A stretch of DNA of 64,000 bases from Savitreella phatthalungensis (lineage: Eukaryota): NCBI GenBank assembly GCA_051599415.1, contig AP039689.1, positions 310,001 to 374,000 of the forward strand. Direction: 5' to 3'. The translations under genes and the position numbers were made by a program. Below are positions 11,111 through 21,778 of this stretch, piece after piece; positions within the stretch are counted from its first letter, which is position 1; the number at the start of each line of letters is the position of its first letter. The notes below the pieces were generated by a model that saw nothing but the letters and a program-made list of their open reading frames with translations, was not told where the DNA came from and did not search any database.

Positions 11111-13009
11111 TTTGCTAGATGTATGATGGACTTTTCACGTGTCGTTGAATGATGGAGGAAGAGTGGTAGGATCACTCTAATTGAAACGGAAAAGCTTGAG
11201 CAATGACGTTTTCCAACGTCAAATGTTGATGAATTTTGACAAGGCGAGCGCGTTATCTGTCTCAGATAGAGTTCAAGTGGCGAGCACCACTACCAAGAGA
11301 TGATGCGCAAAGGTATTTCAGTGTACAGATGCGTTATACACGAACGTACAGGTGGGAAGCGCAAGCGCAAGTGTTATTTTGGATGCTAGTGCGAGTGCTC
11401 TTGCGAGGTGCGAGGACCCTGGCTGATGCTGGTGTTAGGACAGGAAGGATAAGTTTGATAGATTGCGTTGATGGTGGTGGATAAGGAGGGAAGGATGAAG
11501 AGTATATATTGTGAGTTGAGAGCACGAACCCTTTTACTCAGCAAAAAGCCGTGGCAATGTGAATATGAGTTGTCTGTGGTAGGTGTATATAGAGTTTCAG
11601 GTGGTGCGTGTATGTGGTGTGAGTGTATGTGAGTGTGTGTGAGTGTATGTATGTGTAGATTGGTGACGGGATAAGGTGTGATCAGAGGCAAGAGAAAAGG
11701 AAACCTTTTTTCTAAAAGTGGATTTGATCTGCTGCTTGATTTGATCGTGTAGATTTCCCTTCCACCACGTACTTTCTTACTCTTGCGCTTTTCCGTAGCT
11801 TCGGCTTCACAGCTATAGCATTCGGCTGCAAAGCTTCAGCTTCAGGTGTATGGTGTGGCTTTTGGCTCCTGCGTGATCTGGTGGTAGAGATTGACCGATT
11901 GTCCGATGAACCGAGTGGACGCCCGAGCGGTTGTGGACCAGATTGGTGGATCGTGGTTAATTTAACTGTGGATAGTGAATCTTGGATAGGGATGACATAG
12001 AAGCTAGGCTGGTTGACCCTGGAAGGGACTACATACAGTAGGGAGGAGAAGGAGGAGAAGCAAAAGCTATGTGAATGAGGAAGTGTTCGGAGTTATTGAT
12101 CGTCATCGACTGCATCCACATACAGGCTACACAAATCTGACGCCTCTATCTGTTTTGAGGTGGAATTGGAAAGGGAAGATGGACGGAACATGTGCTGAGT
12201 AGACTTTGACTACTGGCAGATAGGAATTACCATGGAAATTGGACATCTGAAAATGAATCGATCGATAGAGTTTTGCAAGGATCATATGGATCTATCAGTA
12301 GTCAAAATCTTCGAAAGAGTCTGTGAGTGGTGCAAGCCAATTCCGTTGATCGGCATCTGCCTGACCTCACTTGCTCACACAATTATTGTTCTACCTGACT
12401 GAGCTATGTGCAGAATCATGGATCAGTCATCAAATCGCCGAGGTATTCGAGTGCTGTAGATAGAGGGGCTGAGATCAGGAAGAGAGATACTGAGCACGCA
12501 AGTGGCGTGCTATAGAGGCTTCTCTCGATTGGCACACTGGCTTCAGTTTCAACAACATTATAGCCGACGACCTCTCTCAGGTCGAAATGATGCTTTGCAT
12601 GCAATACAATACATCGGCAGTTCCGACCAAACTTTCATAGACCCATTCTTTCAGATTGTGATTCGTGATGACCTCCTTCTCAGTAGAATGTATAATGAAT
12701 CCAATAGCTACGCTTTCCGATAGATCTTCCTTCGTTCCTTGCATAGATCGTCTATGTATCCCGTGTCGTCTACCAAAGGCTGTTCTTCAGAAAGCGAGAG
12801 ATCCACCTCATTTCGGTATCGTCCAAGTCTCCGAGACGCCGAAGCCGAGAGACACGTCTACCTCCTCAATACCTCCAGACCACGAAACAGAGTTGATCTT
12901 GCAACAATCATTGACATCCTAGATCCACAACAATCATGTACATCCTATGCGATGGGAATAAATAAATTACAGCAGAGGATAGGCACCGCTCGTGTCGATA
13001 AAATCCAGT

Positions 13010-14332
13010 TCAGCGTGAGCTGGCACCTGCATTTGCGCCGATCGATGGCCTTGAATCTGTCCATGCATCGAGGAGGCCGCGAGCGTTTGAGGCTGTAGGT
13101 GCACGTGACGTACCTGTGGAGACGCCGACTGCTGCTGGTGATCCTGTGGCATGGGCGGCTGCTGCTAGTCTGCGAGTTGCCAGGGATCCTGCGCCTGAGC
13201 CTGAGCCTGATGTATAGCCTTCGCCTTTCGGTGCTGTGCCAGTGACGGAGGAGACGTCTGCGGCGCCAGCAGTTCGGAGAATCTCGTCCACCATGTGCTT
13301 GGCCGCTTCCTTTGCTGGCGTTCGCAGCAGCTTGGACGGAGGCAGGCTGAAGGCCATCGTCACAGGCGGCGACATTTGTGGCAAGGACGAATCGTCGTCA
13401 TCGTAGTCACTCTCAAATCCGGCCTTTGCAGGCGTTCGTGTAGAGCTGGTCGCCCTGTTGCCGAGCGCTCCCATCTGCGGTGGAGAGGAAGTGGGTGACG
13501 TCGAATTTCCATCGTTCCCACCAGGTCTCCTGCGCGACATTGGCGTCGCCTGCACTTTCCAGTTCGAGTCCAGAACGCGGTGTAATAAGGCCGCACGCGG
13601 TCCACCTTCCTTATTCTGTGATGGTCGGTTGACAGAGTTGGCGGCGTGAAGTTGTCTCGAGATGTCGTGCTGGAGTGATGGGCTCGAGGTTGGCGTGTCT
13701 GCCTCGTACGCGCGCCCGACGCCGTCACTGTTGCGGAGTGACTGTGCCTGCGGCGTTGGCGGTGCTCCAGGTGGGGAGGAGGAGATCTCAAGCGACTCCA
13801 TGTGACGCGACAGTGCTGCACCGCCGTGGCCCCGCGAATATGCTCCTCCAGCCGCTGCTGATGCCCCTGCCGCCCCATCATCGTCTCGCGTCAAATCGAA
13901 AGGCGAATCTGCGCTGTTGTGGTGGCGTGCGGAGGCGCCGCGCGGTGTGGTAGATCTGTAACGATCCTCTGGCTGACTGTCGAAGGATGAGTCACGATCT
14001 GCCGAGCGAGGAGCATCGGTCGAGGTGCCTTCGTACTGGACGCTGCCATTGGCACTTGCGTCTGCGCCGCTCGTTAGATCACCAAGATCTGCTGCTTCTG
14101 TGCCGACCTGCTCTTCGTAGCCGCTCAGACTGACGTTTGCGCTTGCTTCGAAGAACTGCTTCCAGAATCGTGAGTGTGTCCAGACCCCTTCACTATTTTC
14201 TGCATACTTTTCGACTACTGGGAGTACCTCTGCTGTAATGATTCGATGACACTTTGAGAAGTTTGAGTCAATCTCGTAGAGAAGCTGTGTAATGGACTGT
14301 TCGAGCCGTTCTAGGCGCTCCAGGTCGGACAT
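13010..14332 (-). CDS. ASK1: DASH/Dam1 complex subunit Ask1
   Basis: LERLEQSITQLLYEIDSNFSKCHRII...FWKQFFEASANVSLSGYE; LLHRVLDSNWKVQATP; MSPPVTM...LLRTPAKEAAK. Confidence 0.95.
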   Translation of the reverse strand: MSDLERLERLEQSITQLLYEIDSNFSKCHRIITAEVLPVVEKYAENSEGVWTHSRFWKQFFEASANVSLSGYEEQVGTEAADLGDLTSGADASANGSVQYEGTSTDAPRSADRDSSFDSQPEDRYRSTTPRGASARHHNSADSPFDLTRDDDGAAGASAAAGGAYSRGHGGAALSRHMESLEISSSPPGAPPTPQAQSLRNSDGVGRAYEADTPTSSPSLQHDISRQLHAANSVNRPSQNKEGGPRAALLHRVLDSNWKVQATPMSRRRPGGNDGNSTSPTSSPPQMGALGNRATSSTRTPAKAGFESDYDDDDSSLPQMSPPVTMAFSLPPSKLLRTPAKEAAKHMVDEILRTAGAADVSSVTGTAPKGEGYTSGSGSGAGSLATRRLAAAAHATGSPAAVGVSTGTSRAPTASNARGLLDAWTDSRPSIGANAGASSR

Positions 14333-14595
14333 TTATGTAGTAAGGCGTGATGGGCAAAGTCGGTCAGAGGGTGTAAGGATAAGAAAGCCGGCAGGGCTAC
14401 AGTGAGCGCAGTTGGTCACAATTGGTGAGACGTCTAGAGATGGGTGAGATCCAAAACTCTTCTTCAGAGTGCAACAGATACGATTGGGTCAGACCAGTCT
14501 CTTCGGATCGGACTCTTTCTCCTCCTTTTCAAGGATGATTCTGGCGAATAGAAGGTACAGTAATGATATTGATGATGATGTTGTCGTGGCTTTGC

Positions 14596-14607
14596 TTGTT
14601 TACGCGT
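14596..14607 (-). promoter_or_regulatory. Overlapping forkhead (GTAAACAA) and MCB (ACGCGT) sites upstream of ASK1
   Basis: TTGTTTACGCGT on the + strand, about 265 bp upstream of the ASK1 ATG. Confidence 0.5.
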
Positions 14608-15034
14608 TCTAGTCCATCGATCGATTCAGGTTTTCGTGATGCATGTGCTTGGCTTCCTGCATTGTATCAGTTGTGCATTCTGTAAAATTCATTTGTCTGC
14701 GCGCGAATTTGTCTAGTTCAACTTTGGATGATTTAGGGATTTTTTCCAATTTGTTATAATAAGTTCTTCTATTTCTCCAATTCTCAACTTTCTACTCTGC
14801 AAAAAGTACCTTACTGAACCATTCTCTCACACCCACACACATCCACACACTCACACCAGGACACACCCATCACACACCCATAAACGTTCCTCATCGATCA
14901 TGTGTAATCGTCATCTGTGCTGAGATCGTGGTCGGGACACATTGGACAGGCACGTCCGAAGTGGAGGCTTGAAGTTCGGTTTTGCAGCTTCGATCTTCCA
15001 CTTCAGACTTGTCAATAGCCAGCTGTCAGAGACC

Positions 15035-15328
15035 GTATGTCCAGCAATTTCCATGTTGCCCTGATGGATTCAGGAGAGTGTTTTCGACTACCTGTACATA
15101 CAATGACTCTCTCTCTTTCGACGCAACGCTGATGACTACACTTTAGTCCGTGTTTTCGATCCGGGAATTCAAGACTCCCATCACCTCATGAGACAAAACA
15201 AAAGAGTCAAGACAATAGAGTCTGAGCTGCGATCTACAGAGAGTGTCGATGTACATACAGGTCGAGAGCACTGTCCTTTAGAGGCAATCAACAACGACTG
15301 TCCTTGATACTCGCTAACTTTCACATAG
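15035..15328 (+). other. Spliceosomal intron (294 nt) hosting a snoRNA, in an apparently non-coding transcript or the SSF1 5' leader
   Basis: GTATGT at 15035, branch GCTAAC at 15313-15318, TAG at 15326-15328; much longer than the coding-gene introns here. Confidence 0.75.
15125..15228 (+). ncRNA. snR18: Box C/D snoRNA, U18/snR18 homologue (LSU rRNA methylation guide, yeast Am649 equivalent)
   Basis: Box C TGATGA 15130-15135; guide GTCCGTGTTT 15146-15155 complementary to LSU AAACACGGAC, followed by D' TCGA; box D CTGA 15222-15225; flanking complementary stems. Confidence 0.85.
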
Positions 15329-15648
15329 CATCCGAAGATTCCCCTGTGCCACATGCAAGTCCTTGTACCTCTGATCCATCGATCCTTCTCCGTGATACCT
15401 TGAGACTGTGCACGGGTTTGTGCTCGAAAGCTGTGCTGTGCTGTGCCTCGAAAACCCGTGCTCGATCAATCTCATCTGATCATCAATTATAGGTGAATGC
15501 ACAAAGGATCAAGCCTCAACCATACACCAGGCACCAACAAGGGCGTCATCAACCCCATCCCCTACCAAGATACATAGACTGCAAAGAGCCAAGCAATCAA
15601 GTATTCCAAAAGTCAAGCGAGTGACTTGTCTAGCAGCCTTCTTCTATC

Positions 15649-17094
15649 ATGGCTAAGGCACGGCAGAAAAAGCGGACACATAAGAAGGTGGACCCTGAAG
15701 CAGAGGCTGCGCCAAAGTCGATGGTCATCCAGACGTCTTCTGCGCATTCTGGCAAGAGCTTGGCACAGCTGACGCGGGATACGAGATTGATGATGTCTCC
15801 ACATACTGCGATTCGGTTGAAAGAGCGCAAGTCTAACAAGCTGCGTGATTTCTCCTCGATGGCTGGCCCACTCGGCGTCTCCCACCTCCTGCTCTTCAAC
15901 CAGTCTGGGTCAGGACCGACGCTGCGAATCGCTCGCACGCCAGCAGGTCCAACCCTGTACTTCCGCATCACCTCGTACTCGCTCACGAGCGATGTGTCCA
16001 AGGTCCAGAAACACCCTCGCGGGTCTGGCGGGATTGAATTCAACCATGCGCCTGTCCTCGTCCTCAACAACTTCCCATCGCTCGAGCCATCGGAGAAGAA
16101 AGCACACCCTGAGGAGGAACTCCTCAGAACCACCCTCCAGAACCTGTTCCCTGCAATCAGGGCTGCGACGGCAGACGTCCGAGATATGCGCCGGGTTGTG
16201 CTGTTCAGCAGAGACCCTCGGTCTGACGGTGTGGAGAAGCATGGGTCAGAGATCGAGCTCCGTCACTACGCCGTGACGACACGCGAGATCATCGCTGATA
16301 AACGGCTTCGCAAGCTGGAAGCGAACGTGCGCGTCCACGGGAACGGTGGTGTTGCGGGTGTGAAGAAGGAAGAGGAAGATTCTGAGGATGATGGACTAGG
16401 GAATCGAGGGCCGAGACCTCTGCAATCGAAGCGCAAAGGCGCAATCCCAAATCTAGGCCATCTAGCCACCATCGACGACTTCCTCAACGACCCGAGCCTG
16501 TCAGGACTTTCAGCAAGCGAGTCTGAGTACGAGGAGGATGCGCGGGTGACGGTGCCACTACGTGGAACGAAACGACGGCGTACGGCTTCTGAGCGTGCCC
16601 GTGATGATGATGGCGGGGAGGCCGGTGGTGAGGAGAAGCGTGGGGTGAAGTTGACTGAGCTGGGTCCGCGATTGAGGTTGCAGCTGTACAAGGTGACGTC
16701 TGGGTTGTCTGAGGGAGCAGTCCTGTTCCACAGGGACGTCACCTTGACTGCCGCTCAGCAGGCCGACCAGGAGCACGCTGCGCAGGAGCGTACGCAGCTC
16801 AAGAGAAATCGCGTCCAGCAGCAGAGGGACAATATCGCGGCTAAGCAAGCACAGAAGGAAGCACTTGGAGGCTCGCGCACCAAGCGCGCAAAGCTCCGCG
16901 CTCGTGAAAGAGACGCTGCTGACGCTGCTGGTGAGGACGAAGCAAGCGATGACGAGCAGACTGGTGCTGATGTCAAGGCGATGACAGAGCAGGAGCTTGA
17001 TGATGAGCTGGCGTTCGGTGGTGGTGCGGACGATGAGGATGACGATGGCGAGGAAGAGGAAACCGCGTCAGAAGAGGAGGAAGAAAGTGAGTGA
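15649..17094 (+). CDS. SSF1: Brix-domain pre-60S biogenesis factor Ssf1/Peter Pan
   Basis: PKSMVI, MMSPHTAIRLKERKSNKLRDF, GPLGVSHLL, GPTLYFRI, VKLTELGPRL. Confidence 0.95.
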   Translation: MAKARQKKRTHKKVDPEAEAAPKSMVIQTSSAHSGKSLAQLTRDTRLMMSPHTAIRLKERKSNKLRDFSSMAGPLGVSHLLLFNQSGSGPTLRIARTPAGPTLYFRITSYSLTSDVSKVQKHPRGSGGIEFNHAPVLVLNNFPSLEPSEKKAHPEEELLRTTLQNLFPAIRAATADVRDMRRVVLFSRDPRSDGVEKHGSEIELRHYAVTTREIIADKRLRKLEANVRVHGNGGVAGVKKEEEDSEDDGLGNRGPRPLQSKRKGAIPNLGHLATIDDFLNDPSLSGLSASESEYEEDARVTVPLRGTKRRRTASERARDDDGGEAGGEEKRGVKLTELGPRLRLQLYKVTSGLSEGAVLFHRDVTLTAAQQADQEHAAQERTQLKRNRVQQQRDNIAAKQAQKEALGGSRTKRAKLRARERDAADAAGEDEASDDEQTGADVKAMTEQELDDELAFGGGADDEDDDGEEEETASEEEEESE

Positions 17095-17146
17095 TAGGTA
17101 TGTATGTACAATAGTGAAGGATCTAAGAGCTGAGATTTTACGACGA

Positions 17147-19543
17147 CTATGACCACAGTCGGAGGGTGCCGTCTGCGCCTGCGGATACGCACCATGCAGG
17201 ACCAGCTGCTGGCATGTTGGATGAGGCTGCGTTGCCCGCGAAGGCGACGTCGAGGACGCCGAGTGCTCGATCGATCTTGTGTCCCCGCAGAATCTTGAGA
17301 GGAACGAGAAGTGGATCTCTCGCGAGGTCTGCAAAGACTTGCGCGTGGAAGATCTGGATGGTGCCGTCGTCTGAGGCCGTGGCAAAGAGCGGGCGGCGTG
17401 CGTGAGTGACGACGGATCTGACAGCCTTTGCGTGGTACCGGAGCGTTTTCCAGGGGGTTGCGCCGAGGTCGAGATCGAACCAGGCGACCTTCTTGTCGTA
17501 CGAGCCGACGACGACATGGTCGCCTGATGGGTGGACGCTGATGGACGAGATCCACCGGAGGCCAGGCTGGAGTGTCCGGACGAGTTGCTGTTTCTGGAGA
17601 TCGTAGACACGAATGTAGCGTTGTGAAGCCACGAAGAGGTGGGGGCGGGTAGGGTGGAAGACAGTGCACTGAACAGAGCCCTTTGGCCGGGCGAAGGGCG
17701 CCTGTGAGAGGTGTTTTGACAGCTGATGAACGAGGACTGCGGAGGCGGATTGTTCTGGCGAGGTGGAGACGAGGTAGTCGCCGCGGCGATGCCAATCAAT
17801 GTGCTTGATCGGATTACGTGTTTCTAGACGGAGAAGGACGCCGCGCTCACGCTGTGCTTCGAGTGGCCGTAGCCACTTGCACGCGCCTGAACCAGACTCC
17901 GACTGAGGACGCGCTGCGGCGATCGAGGCCCCACGCTCAGTCACCTCTTTCGTTGCGAGCTCTGCATCCTCGCTGAAGACACCGGTTGGACAGACGAGGA
18001 ATAGTGACTCTCCGGCGGCTGCGCAGACGAGGCTCACTTCTGGACTCGGGTTCCACTGGACCGATGAGACCGTGTCGTCCTTGCTGAGCTCGATGGTCTG
18101 CATCAGCCTGCCTGTGACGACTTCCCAAATCCGCAGCGTGCCGTCCTCGCCTCCAGATGCGATCCAGTCCCCGGACGGAGACACATCCACACACCGAACA
18201 GCGCCTTCGTGTCCGCGCATGACGTGTGATGTCCGCGTCGGGAATGGTCGCAGGTCCTGCGGGGAAGGCAGTTGCGGTATGAGAGATTCTGGATCGATGT
18301 CAAGCTTCTTCCGTCGCAACCGCGGGGCCAGGTAGAGATCGAGACACCGCTCGAACCGCTCCTGGACGCCGTCTGTGTATCCTGGGACGAGTCGGAGGGA
18401 AGAATACTTCTTTGGGAGGAAGTCACGATCACGATCTTCTTTGTCTGCCTCCTTCCATGCCTTGGCCTCCTCCTCTGTCGGCAGGTATTCTGCAGGCGGG
18501 TTGTACGATTCTGCGTGGCCAGGTGGCGCTACCTTTGGAGCACGCACCTTCATGATGTGGTCTGGCACAGGTGCCTCGTCCGCCCACACGTCATACTTCT
18601 GCAATCGCTCATCGATCTTCTTGTCGTCTTCTGGCTTCTTCGGCACAATGCGGCCTTCGCGAATAGCGCGCACAATCCGCATGACACGCTTCTGTTCGTG
18701 CTTGGACGGCACGAAGCGACGTTTTGGCTCTGGTGCATTCGATAGGGGTGTCTTCATCACGACGCCACTGAAGCCGTCGATGTAGTCCTCGTAGGCGTTG
18801 TAGTCTGCGTCTGGCAGCTCTGCACGGCGGATGCGCTTGATGATGTCGAGCTCTTCTGGCGAGAGCTTGACGTCTAGACCTGTGTCTTGGTCCATAACGC
18901 CTGTGTAGCCTGCTTCTGCTTCGATTGTGTCGAGCATGGAGTCGAGAGCCTTACCGACAGCTGGCCGCATGATCCGCTTGCCGCTGATATCGTAGCCGAT
19001 GTGAGGCATCGTGTCGTAGAGTGACATGTCGATGTCGCCGACGGTGTTGAGAGGTTCGTCGGTGGATGAATCACTGTCGTAGCCTGGCTGGATTTCCGGC
19101 CGCATGACTCGAGGCTGACCATCTGCACCTTTTACGACTCGTATCCGGGGGCCGACTGGCTCAGCGTCACTGTCGCTATCATCAGCGTAGTCGATGTCTC
19201 CCTCGTCGGGGTCCTGGTCACTCTCACTCGGATCTGAGTCAGATGCGTCAGGGTCGTCATCGTTGATCAGTAAGGAGTCGTCGTCTTCGTCGTCATATTC
19301 GTCATCCTCCTCTTCGTCTTCTTCCACTTCTGCAGAGCTAGACTCCTCGCCTGATGCCTCGTCCGAGTCGATTTCCTCGTCATGCAGGATCTCTCCGCGC
19401 AGAGCAGCTTCAATGGCACGATCAATGTCTGCTTGAGGGATAGCGCCGATGCCAGATGCAGCAGTAGATTTAGACTTTGACTCCTTGCTAGCCGCTGCTC
19501 TAGCATCAGCTCTGCCAGGCGATGCTCTCGCGCGCTTGACCAT
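17147..19543 (-). CDS. ERB1: Ribosome biogenesis protein Erb1/BOP1 (WD40)
   Basis: HIGYDISGKRIMRP, PEPKRRFVPSKHE, PGHAESYNPPAEYL, ERFERCLDLYLAPR, WD repeats. Confidence 0.97.
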   Translation of the reverse strand: MVKRARASPGRADARAAASKESKSKSTAASGIGAIPQADIDRAIEAALRGEILHDEEIDSDEASGEESSSAEVEEDEEEDDEYDDEDDDSLLINDDDPDASDSDPSESDQDPDEGDIDYADDSDSDAEPVGPRIRVVKGADGQPRVMRPEIQPGYDSDSSTDEPLNTVGDIDMSLYDTMPHIGYDISGKRIMRPAVGKALDSMLDTIEAEAGYTGVMDQDTGLDVKLSPEELDIIKRIRRAELPDADYNAYEDYIDGFSGVVMKTPLSNAPEPKRRFVPSKHEQKRVMRIVRAIREGRIVPKKPEDDKKIDERLQKYDVWADEAPVPDHIMKVRAPKVAPPGHAESYNPPAEYLPTEEEAKAWKEADKEDRDRDFLPKKYSSLRLVPGYTDGVQERFERCLDLYLAPRLRRKKLDIDPESLIPQLPSPQDLRPFPTRTSHVMRGHEGAVRCVDVSPSGDWIASGGEDGTLRIWEVVTGRLMQTIELSKDDTVSSVQWNPSPEVSLVCAAAGESLFLVCPTGVFSEDAELATKEVTERGASIAAARPQSESGSGACKWLRPLEAQRERGVLLRLETRNPIKHIDWHRRGDYLVSTSPEQSASAVLVHQLSKHLSQAPFARPKGSVQCTVFHPTRPHLFVASQRYIRVYDLQKQQLVRTLQPGLRWISSISVHPSGDHVVVGSYDKKVAWFDLDLGATPWKTLRYHAKAVRSVVTHARRPLFATASDDGTIQIFHAQVFADLARDPLLVPLKILRGHKIDRALGVLDVAFAGNAASSNMPAAGPAWCVSAGADGTLRLWS

Positions 19544-20302
19544 GGCTGTAGAAGTGTAGCCGACTCAGGTACCGAGCTAGTTCTGAGCTTGTAGTGACTT
19601 GGAGGTTGATTCTGTGCTCTTGCTTGACTCTTCAGGCACGCTAGAACAATATGATGATGATGTTGCTCAAATGCTGCATCCAAGCCGCAACTAACCATCG
19701 AATGCAGTTTGTAATAAATTGCACTTAATCTGGATAATTATTAGATCAATATTCATTATTATCACGGTACTCGGTCAGGGTGGCCAAATTTCAAGGGGCT
19801 CGCTCGAAGACATACATGTCCCTATTGAAGAGGTGAACATGCCAAGGCTGTATGTTCCGTCGCTTCGTTTTCGATTCCTGTAGTCGAAGTGATTGGAAGG
19901 AATGTTCGGAATGTTCTAGTGTTGTTGCCTCACGTGGCGATAGAGTGAGAGGAGTGTACTGGCCGAATGCGGCGGCTTTGGCGTGTAGTAGTTGAGAGGC
20001 ATGGGCGCAACAGCACAGGCAAGGATGTATTTTCAGGGTGTCTGTTGTCTCGCGTCTTGTGAGCGACGTGTCAGATATAGAGCTTGATACGAGGAACTTA
20101 TTGATGCGTGACGTGTTAGCCACGGGATATACCGGTTCCGACTGTCTTATCAGGTGACCCGATCAGTTCGCAACACTGCCTTCGTCTCGATCACATCCTA
20201 TCTGAGCTACATCATCTGCTCGACAGACCGTCAGAGTCGCTGTCGCTCATTTGTATAAGTGAAGATACATCACAGTCGATACAGATCCAGCTACCGGTTG
20301 AG

Positions 20303-20785
20303 ATGAAGCCGGGATTAAATCTTGCGCTAGCGCTTCTCGCTTGGACAGTGCAGGTGGAAGCATGGATCAACCGCGATCCAGCCTGGATTCTGCCTGAAGA
20401 CTTCGCTGCTGGATGCAAGGCGCCTGAGGACTCTACGTTTGGCGGGGTGCATGGGGTGGAGGTGTCTGCGGTGGAGGCGATGCAGGTTGGGATCGACTCT
20501 CACTTATGGGAACAGGCTTCTGTGTGGCAGTGTGATAGCGCGCTTGAGATGCACTGGTACAAGTGCCTGTTTGACGAGACAACGACAAAGGGACGGCCAC
20601 ATGTGTACAAGCTTGGTTTGACTGTTCACAATCAGCCGAGAGTTCACCGGATTTGGCTCTCGAGGGCACAACTACTCTATCTCAATGGGTCTGTTGCGCA
20701 GGGCGAATGCAAGATCAACAGAAAGTACGCAAACATGCTCGATCTTCTAGGGACAACGGACTTGCTTGACGGAGAGGCACATTAA
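20303..20785 (+). CDS. Small putative secreted protein (160 aa, 4 Cys)
   Basis: Signal-peptide-like N-terminus MKPGLNLALALLAWTVQVEA; no family recognised. Confidence 0.65.
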   Translation: MKPGLNLALALLAWTVQVEAWINRDPAWILPEDFAAGCKAPEDSTFGGVHGVEVSAVEAMQVGIDSHLWEQASVWQCDSALEMHWYKCLFDETTTKGRPHVYKLGLTVHNQPRVHRIWLSRAQLLYLNGSVAQGECKINRKYANMLDLLGTTDLLDGEAH

Positions 20786-20914
20786 TTTTGCTACCATGGT
20801 AGACAGATGACAAGTCTGCCTGAGGGCTACTACAAGAAGAGCGGGAGAACCTCAATGAAATGCGTGTATGGAAGAGCGTATTGTGCTTTTGTTCGGGATA
20901 CGTGGTTGGCTAGG

Positions 20915-21778
20915 CTACAGGTATAGGCTTCGGAATGTCTTCCGTACTGCTTTGAGGAATGGTGAGAACTGCCGGTCGACGTTGAGCTTGTCGACGAGTT
21001 TAGAAATGCGTTCGCGTGTGGTTGTTTTGTCTGTGGATGCATCTGCCGTCTGTGGTCTAGAGGACGGATTCTCATGAAGAGGCGCCTCACACACGATGCC
21101 ATCTGCAGGATTGCAAACAGCGAGCTCGTACTTGTTGGTAGTGAGGTCGAGGACGATGGCGTGCTCGCGAGCACGGTCGTTTGGATCTAGCTGGGTGAAT
21201 GTGAATCTGAGCAGATCCCTCTGGGCCACAGAAGCGTCCGCCTCGGAGGTGTTTGCTGCGGCGTAGGTCGTGAGATCTGCGTCGGCCAGAGAGGCAGAGG
21301 CAATGACGAGACCGAGACGCGTCTCGAGCGCATCCAACTCCGGTATATTCCGTGCGTTCTCACGGGCAAGTCGAGTGCGCTCCTCGGAACGTTGCGATAG
21401 CCGCGCCTTGAGCAGTCTCTCTACTTCATCCAATTCTGTCCGGAGACGGGTATTTTCTGCTTCGATGTCGCTCTTTCGCACTGCGAAAACCGAAACGGAC
21501 TCTGCTAGGGTCTGACGCTCATCGACCTCGCGAGCCAGTTGCGATTCGAGTTCTGCCTGCTCGACGCGAACTTCTTCCGTTGCTTTCTCGTTTGCTCGTC
21601 TTAGAGAGCGATCTTCTGCCATACCAGCGATAAATTCATCACGCTCAGCAGCGAGCGATTCTCTCGATGCCCTGACGAACGCGTCAAATCTCTGAGTGAA
21701 ATCTGCGAGTTGCGCGCGCAAGTCTGCCAGTGGACGAGCATCGAGAGATGGTATTGCCATCGGTGTGAGTGACTCCAT
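20915..21778 (-). CDS. SPC25: Ndc80 complex subunit Spc25
   Basis: FTQRFDAF, long coiled coil, NIPELDALETRLG, LRFTFTQLD, FLKAVRKTF; ATG at 21778 preferred over the upstream TTG. Confidence 0.9.
   Translation of the reverse strand: MESLTPMAIPSLDARPLADLRAQLADFTQRFDAFVRASRESLAAERDEFIAGMAEDRSLRRANEKATEEVRVEQAELESQLAREVDERQTLAESVSVFAVRKSDIEAENTRLRTELDEVERLLKARLSQRSEERTRLARENARNIPELDALETRLGLVIASASLADADLTTYAAANTSEADASVAQRDLLRFTFTQLDPNDRAREHAIVLDLTTNKYELAVCNPADGIVCEAPLHENPSSRPQTADASTDKTTTRERISKLVDKLNVDRQFSPFLKAVRKTFRSLYL

Noticed and set aside
12400..12930. Short ORFs or a possible pseudogene between the MFS gene and ASK1
   Set aside because: No recognisable protein similarity and no consistent splice model
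16755..17799. 346-aa and 243-aa alternative-frame ORFs over SSF1/ERB1, and similar shadow ORFs across the window
   Set aside because: Expected by-products of GC-rich coding sequence
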